Below are positions 49,292 to 60,318 of a stretch of 64,000 nucleotides of DNA, in pieces; position 1 is the first letter of the stretch, and each line of letters starts with the position of its first letter. The stretch spans positions 74,366 through 138,365 of the forward strand of contig JBHLMP010000001.1 of assembly GCA_048938025.1 (NCBI GenBank). Reading direction: 5' to 3'. The position numbers and the translations under genes are program-made. Source of the stretch: Promethearchaeota archaeon (GTDB lineage Archaea > Asgardarchaeota > Lokiarchaeia > Sigyniarchaeales > SOKP01). The notes below the pieces were generated by a model. That model did no database searches, had not been told where the DNA came from, and was given only the letters and a program-made list of their open reading frames with translations.

Positions 49292-50245
49292 ATGACTATA
49301 ACTTATGAAGAATTTCTAGTTTTTGATTTAGAAAATGATGGGGAAAAAACGAAGTTAGATATAGAACAAGAAGATCTCCAGAACTATTTGAATCCTGAGC
49401 AGGTTCTAGTTATCATCCGAGAAGATTTAAGAAGAATTTATATTTGGAAGGGAGCAAAATCCGCAGTAAGAAAGAGGTTTATTAGTTCAAGAGTTGCACA
49501 TGATTTACAAAAAGAATTGTTAGATGATCCTAGATATCATCGCTGTAAAATAGTATCTATAGATCAAGGTGATGAACTTCAAGAATTTTTAGACGCTTTT
49601 CAACTAGAATCAATGGAAGTTACTGAAAGATTACCTGATATGCGATACATACGAAATATCGAACGAGAAACAATGAAAGAAGCAGGACAAATTGTTAAAG
49701 GAAAAACTGAAGACGCTTACTATTCACCAGCGTTTCAAGATATAAGTAGCGATGTTGTTATGTCCTCTATTGTTCAAAAACCGAAATTGACTATCGGATT
49801 ATCTAAAGAAGAGCAAAATCAAATTAAGAAAAAAATACTTAAAACTGAAGTTCCCCCTGATTTTAAGAGACAAAATCTCATTCTTGGCCATACTTTATTT
49901 GCTGCTGTAACGAAGATTTCAAAAGTCTTCGATGAACATGTTGAGGAAATTGTATGGGAGCCAGTCAAGAAAATTCCAAAAGAAATAATGAATTTAGAAA
50001 ATCATAAATTAAGAGTATATTTAGATAAAAACAAAGGTATTGTTGAAGCTGTAGAAGTATTGAAAAAAGAAGAAAAACCTAAACAAAATATTACACCTGA
50101 AAAGAAAACTTCGAAGCCATCACCCATTAAGAGTTCAACTTCTAAGAAGGCTTCATTGACTCCAATGCCACCAAAACCTGCCTCGATGAAACAAAATTCA
50201 AAAGAAACTGAACCTCAAGAGAAACAAGATAAACAGGAAATATAA
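49292..50245 (+). CDS. Gelsolin-domain protein (one gelsolin domain plus extension and low-complexity tail)
   Basis: LNPEQVLVII..RIYIWKGAKS..IDQGDELQEFLDAF matches the gelsolin-repeat pattern. Confidence 0.75.
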   Translation: MTITYEEFLVFDLENDGEKTKLDIEQEDLQNYLNPEQVLVIIREDLRRIYIWKGAKSAVRKRFISSRVAHDLQKELLDDPRYHRCKIVSIDQGDELQEFLDAFQLESMEVTERLPDMRYIRNIERETMKEAGQIVKGKTEDAYYSPAFQDISSDVVMSSIVQKPKLTIGLSKEEQNQIKKKILKTEVPPDFKRQNLILGHTLFAAVTKISKVFDEHVEEIVWEPVKKIPKEIMNLENHKLRVYLDKNKGIVEAVEVLKKEEKPKQNITPEKKTSKPSPIKSSTSKKASLTPMPPKPASMKQNSKETEPQEKQDKQEI

Positions 50246-50378
50246 TTTAGGTGCAAGTCAAAAATTGCCAAAAATCCCTAGCAATAAGGAATAAGTAAAA
50301 ATTAAAAATTCTCCATTAAATGTAAATTTCAAATAAATACAAATTAGAACTCATTAATCTTATTATATCATCAGGTTC

Positions 50379-50921
50379 TCATTCTTCCCTATCTTCAGGT
50401 ATTTCCTTATTCTGATCTTCAGGTTTGTTTTTCTTTTTAATCTTCTTTAACCCTTCAATAGCTTCTTTCCTTACAAGAGGGCTTACATCTTTAAGAGCTT
50501 TTGTTAAAGCATCCAAACTATATGGATGGTGTAAATCTCCTAGCTCGTCAGCAGCTTCCATTCGTACATTCTCATTAGGATCATGTAATAATACATATGT
50601 TAATACTCCCAATACTTTTGTCTCTCCAAAATCGCCCAAAGTATCAACAGCTTCTCTCCTTACCTCCGCATCAGGATCTGTTATTGCTGTTATTGCTAGC
50701 TGTTTCGAAATTTCATCAGAATTCCCAATTGGCTCTATAGCGCTTAGATCGACACCACAATATTTGCAAAAATTATGATGAATTTTAATATCATTTCCAC
50801 AAGCAGGGCATATCCTTCGTGTGTTAAAATCTATGAATGATCTTGTTGGCGGGGCTATTTCTTTTTTTACTTTATAAGGATTTACATTTGGATCTGGTCT
50901 AATATATTTATCTTTTCCCAT
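50379..50921 (-). CDS. Zinc ribbon + HEAT (PBS lyase-like) repeat protein
   Basis: CPACG..FCKYCG; three repeats DPDAEVRREA, DPNENVRMEA and DVSPLVRKEA. Confidence 0.85.
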   Translation of the reverse strand: MGKDKYIRPDPNVNPYKVKKEIAPPTRSFIDFNTRRICPACGNDIKIHHNFCKYCGVDLSAIEPIGNSDEISKQLAITAITDPDAEVRREAVDTLGDFGETKVLGVLTYVLLHDPNENVRMEAADELGDLHHPYSLDALTKALKDVSPLVRKEAIEGLKKIKKKNKPEDQNKEIPEDREE

Positions 50922-51027
50922 AATAATCTTATATTAAATTTGATTCTAATAGGATGAATAATGTAATTTAACCTTTTATTTTTAATTTAATTTAAAATAA
51001 AATAATAAAAAAAAGTGGTATAAATTC

Positions 51028-52089
51028 CTATGCTATAGTAATATCCTTACTTAAGTAGACATCTTGTACAGCATTAAGAATTTTAATACCTTCTGATTTT
51101 GCTTTTTTAAAGGCTTTTCTACCAAGTATCAGACCCATTCCACCAGATCGTTTATTTATTACTGCGGCTTTAACAGCATCTTGAAGATCATTACCGCCAG
51201 ATTCTCCACCAGAATTAATTAAACCGACTCGTCCCATATAGCAGTTGGTAACTTGGTATCTATTCCATTCAATAGGATGATCTGTGGCTAATTTTTCATA
51301 CACCAACTTATCAGTCTTACCAAAATTTAAGTCTAAAAAACCCCTATTTAGAGTGGAAATCTTTTGTTTTATTATATCGGCCTCAATAGTTACACCTAAA
51401 TGATTTGCCTGGGACTCTAAATCATTTGCAGTGTGATAATCCTTTCCATCTTTAATAAATTCTTCTGTATTTCTGAGATAACACCATAGGACACAAACTA
51501 AGCCTAATTCATGAGCTATTCTAAAAGATTCGCTAATTTCTTGAATTTGACGCCTAGACTCCTTTGAACCAAAATAAATAGTTGCACCTACTGCAGCAGC
51601 GCCCATTGACCACGCTTGATCTACATTTGCGAAGAGTGTTTGATCAGAAAGGGCTGGTTTGGTAAGTAATTCATTATGGTTTATTTTTACTATAAATGGA
51701 ATTTTTCTCGCATAATTACGTGAAACTGATCCTAAAACTCCTAATGTGGAAGCTACAGCATTACATCCTCCATCTATAGCCAACTTAATAATATTTTCAG
51801 GATCAAAATAGGATGGATTCGCAGCAAAACTGGCAGAACCACTATGCTCAATACCTTGGTCAACAGGTAATACTGAAAGATATCCTGTTCCAGCTAAACG
51901 ACCACACTGATTAAACAATCTACTCATATTATTTAAAACCAAATTATTACGGTCTGAATGCTCCATAACTCTTTCAATAAAATCTGGTCCTGGAACATAA
52001 ATCATATCCTTCGGAATTCCTGTACATATATGATTCAGAAGACTTTCAGCTTCAGATCCAAGAAGAATTTTAATCTCATTAAAATCCAT
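51028..52089 (-). CDS. fbaB: Class I fructose-bisphosphate aldolase (DhnA/FbaB type)
   Basis: [40 protein letters not shown] and GLILGRKAF. Confidence 0.93.
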   Translation of the reverse strand: MDFNEIKILLGSEAESLLNHICTGIPKDMIYVPGPDFIERVMEHSDRNNLVLNNMSRLFNQCGRLAGTGYLSVLPVDQGIEHSGSASFAANPSYFDPENIIKLAIDGGCNAVASTLGVLGSVSRNYARKIPFIVKINHNELLTKPALSDQTLFANVDQAWSMGAAAVGATIYFGSKESRRQIQEISESFRIAHELGLVCVLWCYLRNTEEFIKDGKDYHTANDLESQANHLGVTIEADIIKQKISTLNRGFLDLNFGKTDKLVYEKLATDHPIEWNRYQVTNCYMGRVGLINSGGESGGNDLQDAVKAAVINKRSGGMGLILGRKAFKKAKSEGIKILNAVQDVYLSKDITIA

Positions 52090-52409
52090 TTTTTTATATC
52101 ATCTTTTTTAAATTTTAAAATTAAAGAAGAAATAAGAGTCCTAAAATAATATATTTTTCTATACAAATCATTTTTTTTTAAAAAAAAAAGAGTCGAGCGT
52201 AAGCTTATGTAAAATTTATTCTAATTTGCCATTTGAATTAAAGAATGTTTTTATAGTTCTGGTAGTAGATTATAATAACTGATGTTAACTATTAAAAGAA
52301 AATTTCTTTTTATTAAGGATTTTAATTGAATTGCATTGACTTTTTTTAGTTTTTCGTTTTTGTGAATTTTATGGATAAAGTTTAAGTTGCATAAGAATTT
52401 TTTATAATT

Positions 52410-52739
52410 ATGCCAGATGAATTCGACTTTAAACACTACAAATCTATAGAAGATTATAGTAAAACATTGGAAGGTACAAAATATCTTCACAGTTTATATT
52501 TGAGAGCGGTAAATCATCCTGTGCGCAAACAAATATTAACAATCATTAACGAGGCTAAAAAAATTTCTAAAGAGAAATTATTAAAAATTCTTATAGAAAA
52601 CGGTGTAATAAATGATGAATTTTCGCTTAATTATAATATAGATTATTTAATTAAAGCATTTTGCATTGAAAAGATCGAAGAAAAAAGTAAAATCTATTTT
52701 CAAATCACTCAAAGTGGAAAAGTGGTTGATTACCTATAA
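52410..52739 (+). CDS. Winged-helix (ArsR-like) DNA-binding protein
   Basis: LRAVNHPVRKQIL..LNYNIDYL..YFQITQSG. Confidence 0.7.
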   Translation: MPDEFDFKHYKSIEDYSKTLEGTKYLHSLYLRAVNHPVRKQILTIINEAKKISKEKLLKILIENGVINDEFSLNYNIDYLIKAFCIEKIEEKSKIYFQITQSGKVVDYL

Positions 52740-52757
52740 AAAAACTAGTTGTGTCTG

Positions 52758-53210
52758 TTAATCACTCATTAATTTTTTATAGCAATTACAACAAGGAATT
52801 CCAAAACTGAGATTAATTTTATTTAATTTCTTACTTCTTAAATTCATGAATTTAATTAACTTTTCTTTTAAAACTTTTTTATCTTCGTCAAAATATAGCT
52901 TCTTTAAATTACGGTAATGATTGTATTGGTAACAAATAGGGCAAATTTGATAAAAATTAATAAATTTAGAAAAATTTTCTTTTTCTTCTTTTGAAAGTGC
53001 TTTTAGCTTTAAATCAGGATTATTATCTATAAGATTTCTTAAATTATTTAACTCATTTAACATTTCATCTCTTAATAATGTTGTATTGATTCTCCGATTT
53101 TCCAAATTATTTAAATCGCTTATTAAAATTTCTTGAGTATCTGATTTATCAAAATATTCTATAGCTTTATAAAACAGTGGTAAACGTTTATTTTTCTGCT
53201 TTTCACTCAT
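52758..53210 (-). CDS. Hypothetical protein with probable C4 zinc site
   Basis: CPIC and GIPCCNCY motifs. Confidence 0.65.
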   Translation of the reverse strand: MSEKQKNKRLPLFYKAIEYFDKSDTQEILISDLNNLENRRINTTLLRDEMLNELNNLRNLIDNNPDLKLKALSKEEKENFSKFINFYQICPICYQYNHYRNLKKLYFDEDKKVLKEKLIKFMNLRSKKLNKINLSFGIPCCNCYKKLMSD

Positions 53211-53284
53211 ATAAAAAAATCATTTTTTTTATTTATATTTCCTTTTTTCATAAAATATCTAGTTTGGCAATCTAAAAAATCTTT

Positions 53285-54571
53285 TTAAAGAAATTTCAGA
53301 TTTTTCTCATTTCGATTAAAAATATCATTCTTTTGCTCCCCTGTTAATCTTCTGAAATTAATTACTTTAGAAGGAGCAAAATATTCAAAATTAAAATCAA
53401 TATCATCACCAGCAAATTTACCAGGAATTGGCATCAGACGCGCTGTTAAAGGTTTGTTCAACCTTACAGAAATGGTACATAAATCCAGTAATATATAAAA
53501 TAATTCTTTCTCTGAGATATCTCCAGGTAGCGGAACAACATCTAAACCTGTACCACAAATAGTAGAGTATAACAAGAGAGAATCTATATTAAATTTATTT
53601 TCTGTCAATCTTTTAGATATTATATAATCTTCTAATACTGGTTGCATAAAACCTGAAAATCCAATGACCTTCTCCTTATCAATTGGAATTGAATTATTTA
53701 TTAATGCTATTCCAGTTAAAGTGCCATTAGCACCAAAATATTCAATACCTAGTTTTTCTATTGCTGTTCCGATACTTTTTTCAATTATGGGATATGGAGC
53801 AGGTGAAAAATCAACTCCTTTAAATTCAATATTGAATTTTCTTCCTGCTTTTATAGAAATTTTAGTTAATTCATCGTAGATTTCATTAAATCTCATTAAT
53901 AAATTGTCTTGTATGTCTTTAAGTGTAGAAGAAGATTCAATAACATCAATAATTTCATCTGCCATTTCTAAAGCAATGGAAAATCCTGGTTTTTCAGAAA
54001 TGTGATATGCTGCTGGAAAGAAGGGAATATTTGGTTTAACATTAGATGACACACAGAATCTCAAATTATTAAAAGGATCGGGTTCTGAAAGCTTTTTGAT
54101 TATTTTAGCGCTGGATTTTAGAGCTGAAACATTAATCCCTGTTTCTGTAGACGCTAAAGGTAAAGATGTGAAAAAAATTTCACTATTTTTAATGAATTGA
54201 GGAACTTCATTTAATAATAACTTTTCAAAAATCCCTAACTCTTGAATTTGATTTGCTAACATCATGCAACAAGCAAAATAGTCTATATCATAATCCTTGA
54301 ATATGGCTTGTAAAAAGCCTATTTTTTCGCTTATATCAATTAATGTTTCTTTTAAATTCTTTTCATAGAATAATTTATTATCATAACTAAAAAGTGGTTG
54401 TGAACAAACTCGTTTAGTATCAACATCTATGTTAATATCCTCAAATTGACTAAATATTTCATTGTTAAAGTTAGTAAAATTTTCAAGTTTTTCTTGTAAA
54501 TAGGATAGTATTGTCTCATTCCTAATCAGAAAAGGAATAACCTGCCCAATCGTAATAGATCGTATTCTCAT
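53285..54571 (-). CDS. DUF711 family protein
   Basis: MRIRSIT, NLRFCV, PFFPAAYH, GFSGFMQPVLED, ICGTGLDVVPLPGD and KPLTARLMP. Confidence 0.85.
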   Translation of the reverse strand: MRIRSITIGQVIPFLIRNETILSYLQEKLENFTNFNNEIFSQFEDINIDVDTKRVCSQPLFSYDNKLFYEKNLKETLIDISEKIGFLQAIFKDYDIDYFACCMMLANQIQELGIFEKLLLNEVPQFIKNSEIFFTSLPLASTETGINVSALKSSAKIIKKLSEPDPFNNLRFCVSSNVKPNIPFFPAAYHISEKPGFSIALEMADEIIDVIESSSTLKDIQDNLLMRFNEIYDELTKISIKAGRKFNIEFKGVDFSPAPYPIIEKSIGTAIEKLGIEYFGANGTLTGIALINNSIPIDKEKVIGFSGFMQPVLEDYIISKRLTENKFNIDSLLLYSTICGTGLDVVPLPGDISEKELFYILLDLCTISVRLNKPLTARLMPIPGKFAGDDIDFNFEYFAPSKVINFRRLTGEQKNDIFNRNEKNLKFL

Positions 54572-54729
54572 ATTATCCACTCTTATATTGAATTTATAAT
54601 TTTATTCTAATAATATAATAAACATTATCAATTAATAAGATTTATAGAGGAATAGCATTAAAAAAATAAAATTCTAACAATTATTAATTCTAAATTTGTT
54701 TTGTTTTTAAAAATAAGAGAATATAAGAC

Positions 54730-57123
54730 TTATATTTCATCTAACTTAGCTTTATCAATTTCTTTTTCTTTTCTTGAAATAGGTTTTGAATATTCTTCCG
54801 GACGAATTGGACCTAAATTTTCTAAATCTTCTTTGAATTCAGTTATAATTTGAACAAACTTTTCCCCTTCTCCAGCAGATATACTAGTAATTTTAACACG
54901 ATTCTCATTTATTCCTGTTTCCGCTAACATCTGCTTAATACTTTCGTAACGTGTTGTTGCTTTTTTGAATCCTTCTTGATAATGGCAATCTTGAGGATAA
55001 CATCCCGCAATTAAAACACCATCCGCACCATAAAAAAAGCTCTCAAACACTAAAGAGGGATTCAACATCGCAGTACACATTACATGAATAATTCTTACGT
55101 TTGTGGGGTAAGACAATTTACTTATACCAGCAAGGTCTGCACCCAAATAGGAGCACCAATTACAAAGAAAAGCAATAATAAGTGGATACTCTGATTTTTC
55201 GCTTAATAATACCTTTATTTGGGCAGAAATCTGATTTTTCGTGAATCCTGGGATATAAAGTGCGTCTTCGGGGCACATAGCTACGCATGCCCCGCATCCT
55301 GAACAGTTTGCTTGAATTATTTTAAGTTCTTTATCATCTACCTTTAGTGCATTGAACATACAAATATTTTCACATAATCTACAAAGAGTACATTTTTCTT
55401 TCTCAAAACACACTACATGTGGATCTAATTCTACATTCTTTTTGGATATTAAACTAATTGTTTTAGCAGCTGCGCTTTCTGCTTGGGCAATACTACTTGG
55501 AATATCTTTAGGTCCTTGAATTGCCCCAGCGATATATATCCCAATAACAGAACTTTCAGAAGGTTTTACTTTTAAATGTTTTTCTAATAAAAAGCCATTA
55601 GAATCTTGAGAAATGTTCAGAAGTTGACTTAATTTATCAGTACCTTCTGCTGGTTCAATACCTACCGCTAAGACTACAAGATCTGTTTTATTTTCAAATA
55701 AAGCATCTTCAATAACATCTTCTCCTCGAATAATTAACTCTTCAGATGTATCACTCTTTAATATTGCTGATATATTACTTTCAATAAATCTTACTCCAAA
55801 AACTTCACGTGATCTATTATAGAATTCTTCGCAATTTTTACCCACTGCTCTAATATCGGTGTAATAAATATTAATTTTTATACCGGGATATTCTTTTTTT
55901 AGTAAGATTGCTTGCTTTATTGCTACATTACAACAAACTTGGCTACAATATTCATGATGAATCTTTTTATTTCTTGATCCAACGCATAATACAAAAGATA
56001 CATTTCTTGGTGTTTGACCATTAGAAGGCCTTATAACTCTTCCATGTGTGGGACCATCATTGTTAAATAATCGTTCCATTTGCATTGTTGTAATTACATC
56101 AGGATATTTTTGATAATTAAGTTCTCCTAATAACGAAGGATCAAATGTTTTAAGACCTGTGGCAACAATTATAGTACCTACATTTATATCTATTTTTTCA
56201 GGTTTTTGATCAAAATCTATTGCATCTCGATCATTACAAGCTTGTTGGCATGCTTTACAACCAATACAGTATTCTTCTAAGATATTCGGAAAGAGGGGAA
56301 TAGCCTGTGGATATGGAACATCTATAGCCTTTCTTGGGAAATATGTATCCTCTACATCAATAGGGCACACACTGCGACATATATCAACACAACCGACACA
56401 ATTTTCTTCTTTTATAAACCGAGGATTTTTTCTTATAGATACTTCAAAATTACCAACATATCCTTCGACTTTCTCTACCTCAGAATATGTTAATAATTCG
56501 ATATTGGGATGATCTTTAACTTCTGTCATCAATGGTCCAAGAATGCAAATTGAACAATCCAAAGTAGGAAAAGTTTTATCGAAAAGAGCCATATGACCCC
56601 CTATAGTAGGTTCCTTTTCTACTAAATACACCTTATAGTCGGCATCTGCAATAACCAGAGCTGCCTTTATCCCCGCAATACCTCCTCCAACTATTAAGCA
56701 GGATGGTAATACAGCTGAATATTGGACTTCTAAAGGTTTTAAAAGTTTAACTTGTTCTATTGCCATATTAATTTGATCGATTGCCTTTTTTGTAGCTTTT
56801 TCTGGTTCATTAGCATGAACCCATGAATTTTGTTCTCTTATGTTTGCGAAAGATATTAAAAATCGATTAATACCTGCTTTTTCAATAGTTTTCCGAAATA
56901 AAAGCCCATGTAATTTAAACGAACATGCAGCAATAACAACACGATCAATTTTCTTTTCTTTAATCTCTTCAATAATTTTATTTAAACCTAATTCTGAACA
57001 TAAGTACTGATCTCCAATAACATGGATCTCTGGATAATTGCTGAAGTGTTCGATTAATCTATTATTGTCTATAACCCCAGAAATATTTCTCCCACAGTCG
57101 CATAAAAACAATCCTATTTTCAA
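54730..57123 (-). CDS. hdrA: Heterodisulfide reductase subunit A fused to a C-terminal MvhD-like [2Fe-2S] domain
   Basis: CDCGRNI, NIREQNSWVH, GGGIAG, DKTFPTLDCSIC, CSQVCC and ferredoxin motifs, then AFLCNWCSY..GADGVLIAGC..DCHY; start taken at TTG 57123 behind GAGGT. Confidence 0.92.
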   Translation of the reverse strand: MKIGLFLCDCGRNISGVIDNNRLIEHFSNYPEIHVIGDQYLCSELGLNKIIEEIKEKKIDRVVIAACSFKLHGLLFRKTIEKAGINRFLISFANIREQNSWVHANEPEKATKKAIDQINMAIEQVKLLKPLEVQYSAVLPSCLIVGGGIAGIKAALVIADADYKVYLVEKEPTIGGHMALFDKTFPTLDCSICILGPLMTEVKDHPNIELLTYSEVEKVEGYVGNFEVSIRKNPRFIKEENCVGCVDICRSVCPIDVEDTYFPRKAIDVPYPQAIPLFPNILEEYCIGCKACQQACNDRDAIDFDQKPEKIDINVGTIIVATGLKTFDPSLLGELNYQKYPDVITTMQMERLFNNDGPTHGRVIRPSNGQTPRNVSFVLCVGSRNKKIHHEYCSQVCCNVAIKQAILLKKEYPGIKINIYYTDIRAVGKNCEEFYNRSREVFGVRFIESNISAILKSDTSEELIIRGEDVIEDALFENKTDLVVLAVGIEPAEGTDKLSQLLNISQDSNGFLLEKHLKVKPSESSVIGIYIAGAIQGPKDIPSSIAQAESAAAKTISLISKKNVELDPHVVCFEKEKCTLCRLCENICMFNALKVDDKELKIIQANCSGCGACVAMCPEDALYIPGFTKNQISAQIKVLLSEKSEYPLIIAFLCNWCSYLGADLAGISKLSYPTNVRIIHVMCTAMLNPSLVFESFFYGADGVLIAGCYPQDCHYQEGFKKATTRYESIKQMLAETGINENRVKITSISAGEGEKFVQIITEFKEDLENLGPIRPEEYSKPISRKEKEIDKAKLDEI

Positions 57124-57253
57124 TTTGAGACCTCTTATAAACACTAAATTTTCGCAATCTTATGAATAATATAAAGTTGAATTAATATTAATTATTCTAA
57201 TAATTAGTATAAGATAATCTTGACTTTTCGTAATTATAAAGAAGAACTGTAAA

Positions 57254-57859
57254 TTACTTATTAGTTATATCATTAGGTAGAAATTTATATACTTTAAATA
57301 TATTAAAATCATTTTTCTTCATTTTCATGAAATAATTCTTCTCCATCTCATATTCTTGTTTTGCCCATTTTATAATCTCATCTTTAGAGTAAAAATATCC
57401 TTGGTTCTCAAGAGATTTTTGAAGAGCGGGACATTTATTTGAATAGTCTTTAAAGTTTCTTAAACTATTTATAAGCATATTCCAACCAATAGGAAAAGCT
57501 CTACATTGGAAAGGTCTAGCTTTATGAACAGAACATTTATTATCCTTTAAAAAATGACAATGTTCATCATCACCTGTAAATTTAAATCCTAAAGTCTTAT
57601 ATTGATAAGTTTTACCTTTTTTAGTTTTCGGATCCCTCCAAAAGAAACTTTCATTTATTACTTTCAAATATTTCCTAGTAAATTCACTCAAACCAGATTT
57701 TCCCTTCAGATTTAAATGATTAGCTAACCTTTTAATATCATCTTCGTAGAGGTAAACTTCACCTTCTTTCAACCCCCTGCAACAATCGCCGCACATCTCA
57801 CAAGAAAAGAAAATTCCCTTCTCAAATTTTTTTGAGATTTTAATTTCAGTTGAGGTCAA
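57254..57859 (-). CDS. YkgJ family CxxCxxCC cysteine-cluster protein
   Basis: CEMCGDCC, CHFL, CSVHKARPFQCRAFP. Confidence 0.9.
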   Translation of the reverse strand: MTSTEIKISKKFEKGIFFSCEMCGDCCRGLKEGEVYLYEDDIKRLANHLNLKGKSGLSEFTRKYLKVINESFFWRDPKTKKGKTYQYKTLGFKFTGDDEHCHFLKDNKCSVHKARPFQCRAFPIGWNMLINSLRNFKDYSNKCPALQKSLENQGYFYSKDEIIKWAKQEYEMEKNYFMKMKKNDFNIFKVYKFLPNDITNK

Positions 57860-57974
57860 ACTAACAATTATACTTTTTATTGTTGATTATTAAATAATAT
57901 ACAAATATTTAATTAATATTTAAATATTAATTCATTGATTATTTAAGGCAACTATGAAAAAGGAGTTTTAATTT

Positions 57975-60224
57975 TTGGGCAATAAATCAACCATAAATGA
58001 ATTTAAAGACATGGATATAGAACTTATAAATAATAAATTAAAGCAATTAGAAAAAATCTTAGTAAAAAACAAAATTCATAATGATAAGAGATTTTATAAA
58101 TGGCGCAAAGACTTTGAAAAGATATATGGTAATAAATTTGTAAATTTAAAGCTATATATTGCGTTTTCTTTAGTTTATCTATTAAGTCTTGAATTTATTT
58201 ATAAATATATCCTAAATAATACAAATCTATTATTTGATCAAAAAAATCCAATGGATAAATATAAAATAATAAAAGATAAAGTAAAAGAACTTTACGAGAA
58301 TCTTGAGATTTTTGAATTTGACTATTTTGAACCAATATTATCGTTATCTATCAGAGAAGATATAAATGCTTTTTGTGAACTTGTGGAAATATTGGCAAAT
58401 CAAGTTTCAAACTTAAGCATTGACCCTGAATACTATTTTGATTATTTAACGCAAAAAATTATATCACCTGTGATTAGACATAAAACTGGTGAATATTACA
58501 CTCCTCCTTTTTTAGTAAAAAGAATGATCCACGAAACTTATTCATTTGGAGATATTGTTCTTGATCCTTGCTGTGGTTCTGGGAATTTTTTAGTTGAAAT
58601 TTTAAGATACATAATATCGCAAGATAGGAGTAATGAAGAAAAAATCTCAGCAATAAATAAAATATATGGATGTGATATTAACCCAATCTCCGTTTATATT
58701 TCCAAAGTTAACTTTTTATATATACTAGGAGAAAGTTATCCTTTAATCAAATTCAATGTGCATGTATTAGATTTTTTATTTCAAGAAGGGAGTAAGTTGG
58801 ATAGAGAATACGATTTAATAATAGGAAATCCTCCATGGTATACCTATAGAGACATTGAATCAGTACATTATCAGAAACAAATTAAATCTTTAGCAGAAAA
58901 TTTAGAAATAAAACCAGATCCTAAAAATATTTTAAATTTGGAAATCTCTACTCTCTTTTTTTATAATGCCAATAAGAAATATCTGAAGAACAATGGAATA
59001 ATATTTTTAGTAATTACCAAAGGTGTAATTACTGGTTCTCATGCTTCTAAATTTCGTAATTTCAAAGGGTTTTATAATTTAAAAATTTGGACTTTTGATA
59101 AAAAAATTGAAACGATTTTTAACATCGATTTTATTTGTATATTTGCTCAAAAATCTAAATTTGAATCTAAATATTATGAAAAAAAGATCCCTTCTTTACA
59201 CTTTACAATTGAAGATAAAACCAATAATATTAATTATTTTTCTGATATAGAACTAAAAGAAGAAAAGATTAATCATTTAATCCCTTATAGTGTTGAGATA
59301 AAAGGTAAGAAAAGATATACAAAAAAATTTATACTAAAAGAAAGATATGACGAATTACTCTATAATAAACCTAGTTACTATAAAAAATTATTTCACAAGG
59401 GTGCAGATTTAAACCCTAGAAATTTGATATTCGTTAAATATAAGGAAGCAGATGATAAACTAGTAAAAATTAATCCAGATGAAAGAATTTTCAAAAGAGC
59501 CAAATTACCATGGAATAAAAATGAATTTAAAGATGAATTTGTTGAAAAAGATTATATTTTTAAAGTAATTAAAAGTACTGAATTGGTAAAATTTCTTGTA
59601 TATGATTATTATTATGTTTTTCTACCACTCGTAAAAAAAAATCTTAGTTTTAAGTATTCAAGTTTATCTAAACATGCTAAATGCTTCTATGATAAAATCA
59701 ATGAAAAATATTTGACTTATAAGAAACAAACCACAAAAAATAAATCTTTAATGGATAACTTAAATCGATGGTCGAAATTGATTAATAGTAGGCAACTCTC
59801 AGAAATTAAAGTGGTCTACAATAACTCCGGGTCAGTATTAAATTCTGCAGTTGTACAAGGGAATTTCATAATAACAGGAGATTTGAGTTTTTATGCTACT
59901 CAAAGTCTTGATGAGGCATATTATTTGTCAAGCATATTAAATTCAAAGATAATAACAAATCAAGTCCAGATAATGAAAAGTTCAAGACATATCTTTAAAA
60001 TTCCCTTTAATATTCCTATTAAAAAGTTCAACCCTTCTAATCAGAATCATCAAATTTTAGTAGAATTAGGAAAACGAGGAGAAGAGATAGCAAAAAATAC
60101 GGTCGATAAATACATCATTAATAATGACTTTTCTAAAAAAAAAATTCAAAACCTATTGTATGTTGAATTAGCCAATATTTTAACTCAAATTGATGAAATT
60201 TTAGATAATGAATTTGAAGATTAA
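57975..60224 (+). CDS. N6-adenine DNA methyltransferase with target-recognition region (type IIG-like, no evident nuclease)
   Basis: GEYYTP, LDPCCGSGNF, GCDINP, IGNPPW; C-terminal YYLSSILNS. Confidence 0.85.
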   Translation: MGNKSTINEFKDMDIELINNKLKQLEKILVKNKIHNDKRFYKWRKDFEKIYGNKFVNLKLYIAFSLVYLLSLEFIYKYILNNTNLLFDQKNPMDKYKIIKDKVKELYENLEIFEFDYFEPILSLSIREDINAFCELVEILANQVSNLSIDPEYYFDYLTQKIISPVIRHKTGEYYTPPFLVKRMIHETYSFGDIVLDPCCGSGNFLVEILRYIISQDRSNEEKISAINKIYGCDINPISVYISKVNFLYILGESYPLIKFNVHVLDFLFQEGSKLDREYDLIIGNPPWYTYRDIESVHYQKQIKSLAENLEIKPDPKNILNLEISTLFFYNANKKYLKNNGIIFLVITKGVITGSHASKFRNFKGFYNLKIWTFDKKIETIFNIDFICIFAQKSKFESKYYEKKIPSLHFTIEDKTNNINYFSDIELKEEKINHLIPYSVEIKGKKRYTKKFILKERYDELLYNKPSYYKKLFHKGADLNPRNLIFVKYKEADDKLVKINPDERIFKRAKLPWNKNEFKDEFVEKDYIFKVIKSTELVKFLVYDYYYVFLPLVKKNLSFKYSSLSKHAKCFYDKINEKYLTYKKQTTKNKSLMDNLNRWSKLINSRQLSEIKVVYNNSGSVLNSAVVQGNFIITGDLSFYATQSLDEAYYLSSILNSKIITNQVQIMKSSRHIFKIPFNIPIKKFNPSNQNHQILVELGKRGEEIAKNTVDKYIINNDFSKKKIQNLLYVELANILTQIDEILDNEFED

Positions 60225-60318
60225 GAACTTTTTAAGATTAAAATAAATAGGGGTATTTATTTCTATCACTTAATTAATACCACTTTTAAAATTAATATGA
60301 TTCCTTAGGTAAATTCTG

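Noticed and set aside
50255-50335. Possible 24-aa hydrophobic ORF on the - strand between the gelsolin and HEAT genes
   Set aside because: Too short, TTG start with no SD motif, and no recognisable sequence motif.
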